A DNA stretch of 55,960 nt, filler included, from Catajapyx aquilonaris (taxonomy: Eukaryota), in assembly GCA_000934665.2 (NCBI GenBank). It is 2 parts of 2 records of this genome, joined end to end, with 100 filler letters (N's around TTAATTAATTAA, not from the genome) between each part and the next. Parts side by side here need not be neighbours in the genome. Positions count along the whole stretch, not along the records: positions 1 to 27,875 come from JYFJ02004986.1; positions 27,976 to 55,960 come from JYFJ02004987.1. One strand, written 5' to 3'. Positions within the stretch are counted from its first letter, which is position 1; each line of letters opens with the position of its first letter. The translations under genes were made by a program, and so were the position numbers. Shown here piece after piece: positions 1 to 28,604 of this stretch. The notes beneath the pieces are model-generated. The model had not been told where the DNA came from. It saw only the letters and a list, made by a program, of their open reading frames with translations, and did no database searches.

Positions 1-430
1 CATGTGGAGAGGATGAAGGAGGAGGAGATTGTGAAGAAGGTTTATATGGGTGGAGTAGTTGGTAAGAGGGGCAAGGGTAGGCCTAGGAAGACATGGTCGG
101 ACCAGGTGGGCCAGTGTCTTAAGGGTGTTGCTAGTGTTAAGCCGAGACGTTCTTGTGTCAATAGGACCATGGACGTGGCTGAGGCTAGGGTTGTTTGTTT
201 GGATAGGTGTAAATGGCGTAGGTTAATTAATGGGTAAATAGGTAAATATGTCTGAGGATAAGGTGATGTCTGAGGTGGGCAGGGGTGGGGGGTGGGACAG
301 GTTGTTTTTAGGTTCTTTCTCATGTGTTTTATTAGTTCATATGTTGGGTTAGCTTGCATCTCCCTTCATCGCTGACTACCCCTCATAGGGAAATGTCGTG
401 ATGTTGTTGTTGTTGTTGTTGTTGTTGTTG
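1..430 (+). mobile_element. 3' end of an RTE-clade non-LTR retrotransposon (RT C-terminus, 3'UTR, (GTT)n tail)
   Basis: ORF 4..237 HVERMKEEEIVKKVYMGGVVGKRGKGRPRKTWSDQV matches the RTE C-terminal 'GHV.RM...K....G.R..GRP...W.D' signature. It is followed by a 3'UTR and a (GTT)n tail at ~402-430. Confidence 0.8.
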
Positions 431-916
431 TATAAACACCTTAATCTTGGGAGTGGATGGGGTCAGAGTGTACCTCGTACCTCGACAACATTCTGGTTGG
501 TGGGAAGTCTCAAGAGTTATTACCAGAGCCTACATAAGGTTCTCAAGTAGCTCCAATCAGCAGGGTTTTGGTTAAATGTAGAAATGAGCCAGTAGCGGAC
601 ACAATAGATGGAATCCGTGAGTTTCAATGTAGACAATTTGGGTATCCACCCAATCCAGAAGTTACAGACTATCCAAAATGCTCCTGCACCAAGGAACAAG
701 GAACAAGACGGAGGTGCAGTGAGACTTCTGACCTACGAGGGAATGCTGATAATTCTTGCCATGTAAATGGAGGCAAAGATTATCAACATGCCTTCGTACT
801 ATGGCCATTTCCTACGACAGAGCTGCCGTCAGATGTAAGAAGACCGTAACTCAAAAACTACAAGGGCCTTTCAATAAAGGCTGATCCTGATATTTTAAAT
901 GAGAAAGTATAGGAAG

Positions 917-2845
917 TAGTATCATGATGGTGATATATTTAAGTACGTCTGTCAAAGATGGATGACATGCTTATGCTCAGAAGTCTACTGTGTATCATGT
1001 GGGTGTGTTGGCAGCACAAACACCATCAACCTTGATGTCGTCTCCAGAGTCATGGCATCGACATGTGTGGAGCAGTGAGTCGAGCTGAAATTCTGCTTTT
1101 GCCTCAAGAAGACAGCCAGTGAGTCGTACTCCACACTGACATAGGGTACAGGGTGGGACGGGTACAGATATGGCAAGGGTGGGCCGGTGGGGCAGGCCCC
1201 GGGCTGAGACAGATGAGGTAGCCGGTACCTACACAAATAGCTGGGTGAGAGGCACGACGCAACATGGGACCTAGCCGGCATGGCTGTAGGGGAGTGGGCC
1301 CAGATGTGCAGGGTGGCATGTGGGAATTAATTGCGGCCAAACTAGAGGTGGGAGGAGGGTGACAGTGCGTCGAGAAGAGATTTCGATTGTTCAGACGACG
1401 TCCACAAATAAAATAAATAACCATGGGTTATTTTACGGGGGAATTAAATAGGGAATATCTCGGCAAAAAATGCAACTTAGTCTCTGGACGAGAGAGGTCT
1501 GGCAGGCTGCAGGGGTGCAGGTTGACCTTTGGGAATTAATTGCATCCAAACTAGAGATCGGATGAGGGTGACAATGCTCCCGTCGTTGAGAGGAGATTTC
1601 GACTGTCCCAACGACGTTCAATTTAATATTACATACCGGGCGGGAAATTTACGGGGGAATAAAAAATTTAATCCAGCGGTTTTTGCCCAGATATTCACTA
1701 TTTACCAGTGAATATCTGGGCAAAAACCGGGTGACAGCATTCCCATCGTTGAGAGGAGATTTCGATTGTCCCGACGATGTCCATAATTAAAATAAATTCC
1801 TACGAGAAATTCTACAACATGGGAATTAAATTGCGAATTTCTCTGCAAAAAGTGGGGCTTTGTCTCGGGACGACGCGACGACTGCTACTTATGGACGTCA
1901 AGACGTCCACAAGTAGCAGTCCTGCTCATAAAGAATGGTACGACTCTATGGACGAAATGTTCATCCACAATGCCCAGCAGTTTTACCTACCTTATTTCGA
2001 CGCACCCTTAAGGAAAACCTTTTCTGGGCCTCTGGTGACACGGATGACCCAGCCCAAATTATAAATAAAAATTTTAATTACCAAAATGTTCAACCGGGTA
2101 TAGTGCGGAAAACTAAACAACGATATGACGTCATCAAGGTTGCCACGGAAATACCCTCACTGTACAATATGAGTCAACAGTGTCAATAAAAGGCGTCAAT
2201 GTAACAAACGATGACGTCAAATCGTGGTTTGGTTTTCCGCACTATACGTACAATGCGCACGTAGATTTGATGTGAATTTTCTCCCTAAAATTTTCCTATT
2301 TGCCTTGTTCTTTTCTTATCTTTTTTACTTTATTTTCATTCCCCTTTCCCGGACTTCCTTGCGACATGCTGGCGACCCAGGGGTTGGGAGCAGAATTAAC
2401 ATTTTGGCCATATCCAGTAGTACCATTTTTTTATGAGAAGTAGGCTACTGATACAGAAGAACGTCGAGTTTCATCCCACCACGAAACATAATTTGTTACT
2501 TGTCAGTTGTCACCACTTTACTCCCTTTTGGCCTTTTCCCTTCCCATGCTTGGCAGGACTCTTGATTCCCTTGTGTCCGCCATTACTCAGTTCCGTGGCC
2601 GCTGCCAGGTGTCAGCCACTTCTATGGGTCTTGCCAATACTCCTAAGTAAGCGTGGAGTACAACTCACTGACTGTCTTGAGTCGAAAGCAGAATTTCAGC
2701 GTGGCATACTGTGTGTCAACGCCATGACTTGGGAGGCGACATCAAGGGTGGTGGTGTTTGTGCATGATGTGCACTAGACTTCTGCTCATAAGAATGCACA
2801 TTCATCTCATCAGACATACGTAAATATATCACCATCATGATACTA
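917..2845. mobile_element. Non-autonomous DNA transposon with long degenerate TIRs (TAG...CTA termini)
   Basis: tagtatcatgatggtgatatattt (917-940) is the reverse complement of aaatatatcaccatcatgatacta (2822-2845). Degenerate inverted similarity extends ~140 bp inward. Internal ~60-90-bp direct repeats at ~1321, ~1530 and ~1729, and a palindrome at 1677-1729. No TSD recognised. Confidence 0.6.
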
Positions 2846-2851
2846 ATAGAT

Positions 2852-3794
2852 CAAAAACTTTCCCTTCAGTAAAAAAAAGAGAAGTAAGACCTCCGCGGCG
2901 GAATGAAGGTACTGAAACAAGGCAGGCGCACCTAAGACCTTCACCAATTGATTTAAGCTGTACCATAGGTCTTAATCAAGCAATTACCAATTTACTACTC
3001 ATGAAATCTCCTTTCTGAAAACAAATTTGTGGAATTTCTGTCGTACTACTAGCTACTTCTAACTTAGCAGTACCAGTGCAGTGCAATGGTATACTGCTAA
3101 GTTAGCAGTAACTACAGACCTATAGTAATAGTAATAGTAGTACGACGAAAATTCCACCCATTAATTTTCCATGAGCCACTCCATATTAGTGTTTTATGAA
3201 ATTAGGAACTTCAATATTAAGCGCATTGAATTTCTATGCGATTATGCAAATTATTGCTATGAAACATTTATGCAGAATCGTCACCTCTTTTAGATGCTGA
3301 TTTTAACTCTAACATTTAATTTTTCACATATAAACGTTAATTGGTGAATTTTAGAGGGTCTTTTTCGATTGGACCAAGTCTGTTAGAATGGGTTTAGTTT
3401 TCCCCCCATTTTTTTTCCTTTCATAATAAAATCCTACCTACTGCTCTGAGTAGTTTGCAGCAGTCATTTTATGAGACATTTCATACCGTACCTGAGAATT
3501 GCTTGAGTAAGACCTATGGTACAGCTTAAATCAATTGGTGAAGGTCTTACGTGCGCCTGCCTTGTTTCAGTACCTTCATTCCGCCGCGGAGGTCTTACTT
3601 CTCTTTTTTTTACTGAAGGGAAAGTTTTTGTGCCTTTGCATCTGTGTTCAAAATTTGGAAGCTCTACCTACAGCAGAACTTGAGTTAGGGCGAATAAAAA
3701 AAGCGGAACAAGAAGAAGAAGAAGAAGAAGATGTTGAAGAAATTCATTGTTGAAATCTATGCTACGGTCTTACTTAAGGGCTATCGCCCTTAAA
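2852..3794 (+). mobile_element. Helentron/HINE (DINE-1-like) non-autonomous element
   Basis: ~133-bp inverted repeat (2852-2985 vs 3497-3630). Short subTIR aagtaagacc (~2882) is inverted at ~3591 and again at ~3766. (GAA)n microsatellite at ~3710-3730 and terminal hairpin ttaagggc-tatc-gcccttaa at 3774-3793. Confidence 0.55.
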
Positions 3795-3797
3795 ATA

Positions 3798-3804
3798 CTA
3801 ATAC

Positions 3805-3863
<59 letters not shown>

Positions 3864-3866
3864 TAA
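3798..3866. repeat. (TAA)n microsatellite, probable retroposon tail
   Basis: Direct reading. The adjacent ttgggtagtgcct resembles the tail-proximal sequence of the SINE at 48637-48680. Confidence 0.8.
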
Positions 3867-3893
3867 TTATTGGGTAGTGCCTGACCCTATATA

Positions 3894-4060
3894 CTGCTGT
3901 CAGATGTAAGAAGACCGTAACTCAAAAACTAGTAAGGGTGAAAGTCGCATGCACGCCCTGCACTAATCCCCTCTGAGTCAGGAGGGATTAGTCCAGGACA
4001 TGCATGCGACTTTCACCCTTACTGGTTTTTGAGTTACGGTCTTCTTACATCTGACGGCAG
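3894..4060. repeat. ~167-bp foldback palindrome
   Basis: ctgctgtcagatgtaagaagaccgtaactcaaaaactagtaagggtgaaagtcgcatgc... pairs with ...gcatgcgactttcacccttactggtttttgagttacggtcttcttacatctgacggcag. One arm also occurs at ~823-866. Confidence 0.85.
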
Positions 4061-4520
4061 AGAGGGCCACCGCAATAGAACCTCTGCACCATCTGGTAGA
4101 CTCGAAGTTGCCTTTCACATGGGAGTCGGTTCCAGGCACTGTAGGGGCTGCTGCAGTAATCAACAGTCATACTCATTATGACTTGGAGAAGCCCCTGGTA
4201 GCATGCTGCGATACAGCTTATGGAGTGCAAAAATGGACTTTATTGGGTTAATTACTGGTAAATTGCTCCAAGGCCCCCCCTGCCTCCCCCGTTTTTTTTG
4301 TGGCACGGCTGCCTGGTCAGCACATAAGTCAGCCCATTAAGCCTTGTTGATAGGACTGCAAGTTTACAATTATCTCCATTCTCTGGCTGGCTTCCCCTCT
4401 TGTAACTGCATGTCTGTTGAAATCAGCAAGCTCGCAAGAGATAAGCCTCCACCATTAATAACAGCAACAGGATATGTGTTTTTTCTTATTTTTTATCTAC
4501 AACATTCCCAGCCCCTGTGT

Positions 4521-4597
4521 TCCACTGAAATTGGAACAAAGGCTACTCCACTGAAATTGGAACAATGGCTACTCCACTGAAATTGGAACAATGGCTA
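4521..4597. repeat. 26-bp tandem repeat x3
   Basis: Unit tccactgaaattggaaca(a/t)-ggctac at 4521, 4547 and 4573. Confidence 0.85.
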
Positions 4598-5556
4598 ATC
4601 ACTCGATGGTTCTGGAACAATATAGTGGATATGCAGGTGGTTGGAATGGCTTCTATTGTCTGCATTTTTCCAGCAGTTCCGGAACACTTTTGTTGCATAT
4701 ATAGTGGCATGGCCCGGTGGCCATGTATTGTTCTCCCCATGCACCGCCCCATGCAAGCCCCACTCACCATCTGCAGTTTCTCGTCTTCCTCCTGCTCATC
4801 ATCCACCCCATTCCCTGCAGCAGCTTCCATGTCCTCCTGCGAAGACAACGAGGCGTTCCATCCACTCCTCCTCTCCCGACCTTCTTCCTCACCCGCCATC
4901 CCTCAACCTTCAACCAGCCCTCCCTGGCCAAAGCTTCCCCCCGCTGCTCAGAATGCCGGCCTTCTAATGGAAACCAAATAGGAACGCGCAACGGCGACAC
5001 AGACAGTAAGGGACACTGAAAAACTGGTGGACCGCCCTCTTTCGAACACCCAACAAAGTGGGAGAGAGAAAGTGGGGATGGGAGGAGGATGGGGGAGGAC
5101 CGGAGGAGGAGGCGGGGAGGGGGGAGGAAACCACATGGCGATTCAACAGGTCGGATAGTCGCCGCTAGTAGCGCTGCAACACTGGGCAACAACTGGAGTT
5201 CGTTCCATTGCTGCGAATTACAAACAAATATTAACAGATTATGTGCGCCGGTACTGATTTTTGTGGAGCTTTTATAAGTACGGTATGATCCAGCATGAAT
5301 TTGTACGGAATCGCATTAATTTTGAGAAATTCTGCCCATGAATGCAGCGCCACAAGCGGGGCGTGATTCGAAATACTTACAAACGTTTACAACGGCCCGA
5401 TGCAATATAGACTAATCGGCATTTACTTTTTCAAATTGTTCGAAATTTGGCAACGGGTAATTCAGATTAACCGCTTAATTAATATGTTAATTAGGAATAG
5501 TGAGCGAAACACGTGGGTGGGTATTTTTATTATTATTTTAGGAGCTTTAATGTATA

Positions 5557-5650
5557 CTAGAAAAACCATCGCTACGCTCGAATTTTTCTATGGCGCAGGC
5601 GTAGAAAACCGCTCGCTTCGCTCACGTTTTTATACGCCTGCGGCGGACAC
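5557..5650 (-). mobile_element. Possible Helitron 3' terminus fragment
   Basis: Minus strand reads ...gagcgaagcgagcg...cgagcgtagcgatggtttttCTAG|T: GCGAAGC/GCGTAGC mini-hairpins just upstream of CTAG followed by T. Confidence 0.35.
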
Positions 5651-5926
5651 AGCATTTCAATAAATGTATATTGTGATGCACCTACGACTTTTTTGTGAAT
5701 AAAGATAATGAGATGGAAATACCTCCTCAGTTAGCCTAAAAATGAACAACACCGGAGATTGCAACTAAAGCTGCAGATACTGCCATTTTATTTTCAATTC
5801 CATGTTACATAAAACATTGGCAAGAACTCAGATCATGACACAGAAAATGAACCTAGACGTAAGCAATAAAGTATACCGGAAACAATTCAAAAAAATATAA
5901 TATTAGGTTGACATGCCAACAACTGA

Positions 5927-24374
<18,448 letters not shown>

Positions 24375-26805
24375 ATGTCGGTCTCCAGATGGAAGAGGGC
24401 TAAAGTACTGCATCCAACCAGTCGGGATGACCTCATACGGGTAATGGCACCTTTAACTAGTCACCTCTAATACGGCACACTATAGTGCATATACTAGAAC
24501 ACTATTAGTGCATACTATAGTGAATACTTTTAGAACACAGTGTGCACTAGTGAATACTTTTAGAACACAGTGTGCACTAGTGAATACTTTTAGAACACTA
24601 TTAGATGAACTACCACTAGTAAGTACTTTTAGAACACTATTAGATGAACTACCACTAGTGAGTACTTTTAGAACACTACGGTATTAATTATAGTGCATCT
24701 ACTATAATAGTGTTCTAAAAGTACTCACTAGTGGTAGTTCATCTAATAGTGTTCTAAAAGTACTCACTATAGTGAGTTCTTTTAGAACACTATTATAGTA
24801 GATGAACTACCACTAGTGAGTACTTTTAGATCAATATTAGTGTACACAAGTAGTACTTTTATGATGCTAATTAGTGTGCACTAGTGAGAACTTTTATAAC
24901 ACAATTAGTGTGCACTAGGGAGTATTTTAAAACATTGTTAGTGGTACCAGTATTTTTACAACACAATGCACACGAGTGAGTACCTTTAGAACACCGTGAA
25001 TACCAGTAAGTATAGTACTTTTAGAACACTGCACACTAGGGAGTACTTTTAGAACACCGTGAGTACCAGTAAGTATAGTACTTTTAGAACACTGCACACT
25101 AGGGAGTACTTTTAGAACACTATGCACTTTTAGTGAGTACTTTTAGAACACTGTGCACTAGTGAATACTTTTAGAACACAATTAGTGAGAACTGTGATTT
25201 TGCAGGTGGTTGGGCAGGCCAGAGAAAATGGGACGCCGGTGTTGGTTGCTGGCGGGGAGTATCCAGCTACCAATGGGAAGAAGGATACGGTTCTGCGCAT
25301 GCGGACGCTGCGGGGGATCCTGCAGCTGGACCTGGAGGCAGGGCAGGTTAAAGTACAGGCCGGGATCACCTTGAGGGAGCTGCTTGGACACCTGGAGACG
25401 CACAGTCTGACTCTTCCGATATCGGGACAAATGCCGGACCTTACTGTGTGCGATGCACTTGCCGTTGGTACGTCGATCAGTCGTTTTATTAAAATTAAGG
25501 TCATGATTTAAGAGTAGTTGTAAGAGTTTAAAAGGCCATTTGCGTGTAAGGCAACAATAGAAAGCAAAGTTATGGCATGGTCTCAGGGTGCCTTGGTCAG
25601 GCTGGTTCCAGAGGTGTGTGGCAGCGGGAGCGGAGCAGTAGGAGACAGCTTGCTCCGAGCCGAGGTCCTCTGCGCAGATGGACGGGTGTCTGAGTGGGAC
25701 TGGGACAAACATGCTGAGGAGATGTCCGGGTTGTTAGCCGGCCTGGGGGCATTGGGAATCCTGCTTTCTGCCACACTCAAGTGCATACCATTGTTTAGGT
25801 AAGTCTACATGCGGACTACTGATGTGTAAGCCTGCCAACGAAACTTTCTACATTTGCAGAATCCGTGAGGTGAGCTTTGAGTGCCCCCTGCAGGACATTA
25901 TCCGCCACTGGCATCTCCATCTGCAGGCCAGTGATTCCCTATCTGTCACATGGTATCCACTGCTAGATCGTGTCCTTGTGTGCCAGGCGGAACCTATGCG
26001 CTTGTGCCTGGCTCAGGGGCAGCCCTTGTGGAAGGCCGTCCTGGCCTGGTTACTCCTGCAGTCTTCCCGTGCTGCCTGGTGTGCCTCCTGGTGTCTCCTC
26101 CGGCTTGCCCTGCTGCTGCCAGGCAGGGGAGGAAGTCGAGGGTCCTCCCGTTCCTCCCGAAAGCAGTTGCTTTGCCGCCTGCAGAGAGGTCACTGCGGGT
26201 GGCAGCATCGGACCATGTGCCTGCAGGCTCAGCTGCGGACCGCACACTGCTTTCGGGCTCAAACTCTGCAGCCCGTGTCCACATTCTGCCGTGGACTGCG
26301 GTGGGTCCTGCCTTCAGACTCATTCCCACAGCTTCTACGCCAACTATTACCATTCACAACCAGACATCCACACCTGTGCACTTCCCCACTTCATATATCC
26401 TTCCTGTCACATACTGCTAACAACTCTACGCAGAAGGGACTACTGTCGCCCATATCACAGGAGTCCTCCATCATGATATGGACGGATTGGTTCAGGTAAG
26501 TAAATCTGGGTAAACCTGCCCTACATGTAATCCAAACTAGTGATTGTCACACAAAATCTCTCCTCTACAGGCTGCCTCTGAAAGGCTTCAGTGCGGAGCA
26601 GGCAGAGTACGAAGCTTTGCTGCAAAGCTTAGGCGGCAGAAAAAGCTGGGTGTCCGGTCCAGTGTTTGTGTCCCCATTCCTCCTGGCGCAGATGTACCCT
26701 GGTTACCGTCGGTGGTGCAAACTTCGACGCCAACTGGATCCAACGGGACTCTTCAGATCTGCCTATGTGCGAGGGATGCTGTATGCAAACCCACCTTCCA
26801 CTTGA
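24375..26805 (+). CDS. L-gulonolactone oxidase / D-arabinono-1,4-lactone oxidase-like FAD-linked oxidase, divergent, ~461 aa
   Basis: Exons 24375-24440, 25206-25467, ~25612-25798 (acceptor uncertain), 25860-26495 and 26571-26805 give 1386 nt in frame. FAD_binding_4-type motifs HPTSRDDL, VKVQAGITLREL, VLCADG, GLGALGILLSATLKC. ALO-type C-terminus LGGRKSW...MYPGYRRWCKLRRQLDPTGLFRSAY. Confidence 0.8.
24480..25190. repeat. Intronic minisatellite (~30-40-bp units, core tagtgagtacttttagaacac) with an internal inversion
   Basis: More than a dozen copies of (g/a)tacttttagaacac. Reverse-complement copies gtgttctaaaagtactcacta at ~24710-24770. Confidence 0.9.
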
Positions 26806-27778
26806 GAGCAGCCTACAGTAGTGACCTTTTTTTCCTCTTCATCGTAGCCAAATATCACTGGGTACAAAAATGGACTCGTTAACCTGCAAGAGACTCATTC
26901 TGTGGTTGTTGAAAGATTCTTCTTAGCAATGGGGGGAAACTCTTATATTGTACATTTTTCAAATAAATCATGACAGAAATAAATACATTACCCTTTCGAG
27001 TACATATTCGGCTCGTCATACAATAATTAACACTAAATAAAACATGACTGGAATGTCATTTGGCAACAATAACATGCACCAAAATGGTCTGTTCTTACAG
27101 TATGTCATCAACAAAGGAAGACCATGCAACTTCAGATGAGATTCTTCTGGAGATTTACTGTGTAAGCTTACGTTTCTTACCATTTCATAAGCTTAATTAT
27201 GAAACACATGGTTTAGTGATATACACATTTCACAATGCGGAGTTGACAAGGTGCTTTCTGAGTGACGAGCTGATCAAAATGTGCAGGACAGTGCAGTCAA
27301 CGCCATTTCAAAAACTTTCTCCCAAGTCTCTGGAAGTGGTATGGCATATTTTGAGCAGTATTTTGCGGTGGGAATGCCCAATGAAGCAAGTCGTGTACGT
27401 GCTCGATCAAGTTATTTTTAGGTTTCGCTGCAGAGAGGAGAACAAAAGGCTCTGGTTATCAGCGAGGCAATTGGATATAGCGACGTGCACGGAGTTTCAA
27501 CATTACACAACCATCAAATTACAGTGCTTTCTGACTTCTTGCTGTAAGCTGAAGCAATACAACATGACTTGAAGTGATAGTCTACAATGAGTTTCAATAG
27601 ATTGTATCGAGAAGGTTGCAGTGGAAGTTCCTTGAGAACAAATCGCTACAGGGAGCGCTAAGTTCCATCATTGGTTGTCATTACAAGGTGCCCATTCCTC
27701 GGAAGTGTACACCTGATTAAAATTACTCGTAATTATATGGAATAACTTTTTTCATACGGAAGCACTGGAGTCTTCTCA

Positions 27779-27875
27779 CAATGGGGAAGTAGCCTTCATT
27801 TTGGAAACTACATAATAAATTCGCCCATATTTTTTGGATTTTTTTGGCATATTCCGTTTTAAGATATCAGTTCCC
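27779..27875. mobile_element. One end of the CAATGGGGAA TIR element, truncated by the gap
   Basis: Near-identical reverse complement of 45996-46091. Confidence 0.75.
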
Positions 27876-27975
27876 NNNNNNNNNNNNNNNNNNNNNNNNN
27901 NNNNNNNNNNNNNNNNNNNTTAATTAATTAANNNNNNNNNNNNNNNNNNNNNNNNNNNNNNNNNNNNNNNNNNNN
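27876..27975. other. Artificial scaffold linker N44-TTAATTAATTAA-N44
   Basis: Exactly 100 nt, with the six-frame-stop 12-mer at 27920-27931 centred in Ns. Confidence 0.9.
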
Positions 27976-28025
<50 letters not shown>

Positions 28026-28080
28026 TACACAAATAAAGGTCCATGCTAACTATATTATATATATGGCTTGGCCTCTCAGC

Positions 28081-28383
28081 AGTTAGCATGGACCTTTATT
28101 TGTACAATGTACATATTTGGAACCTAATTATTGAAGCGCCTGGGCCCATGGGCAGGATGACAGGAGGGGATGTGCAAGGTGCAGTGCTATGTCCTTGTGT
28201 GGCCATTTTTTGTGAACTCCCCCGGGTGATTATTTTAGTCTATTGGAAATACCACCCGAGACGCAGCCAGAGGTGACCCTGAACTCTGCACGAGATGAAG
28301 GGGGTGTCCCCGGGCGGGATTTGATTCCGGGACCTTAGCATCCGTGGGCGCGTACGTTACCGCAGCACCACTTCGCCTCCCCC
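28081..28383 (-). mobile_element. tRNA-derived SINE (family A), copy 1
   Basis: Head ggggaggcgaagtggtgctgcggtaa...gtcccggaatcaaatccc (A/B-box-like). Body and tail acaaataaaggtc are shared with 48637-48988 and (head/body) 52304-52460. Confidence 0.75.
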
Positions 28384-28604
28384 TAGGATCATCAGTATAC
28401 ACTAGATACAGTATATATGTGCTCATAATCCAGATATTCCTAGCATCCTATAATTATACATATATGACACTTCTACATGTTAGATTTTAACTCATTATGT
28501 TAGTGCTTCATTTACTCATTTAAAATATTTAAATAATTCAGGAATATCTGGGTTAATTAGATATACTGTATAAGTTCATTATGTGCAATTGAGTGTTCAA
28601 CTAA

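Noticed and set aside
568..849. 93-aa ORF with faint RTE C-terminal resemblance
   Set aside because: Too degenerate to call by eye. At most a decayed retroelement fragment.
4543..5277. Several overlapping 60-140-aa ORFs
   Set aside because: Low-complexity GC/purine-skewed sequence with no recognisable domain or consistent splice structure.
24480..25190. CRISPR-like look (conserved core with variable linkers)
   Set aside because: Linkers are only ~8-18 bp and are themselves repeated. The array lies in a spliceosomal intron of an animal gene and there are no cas genes, so it is a minisatellite.
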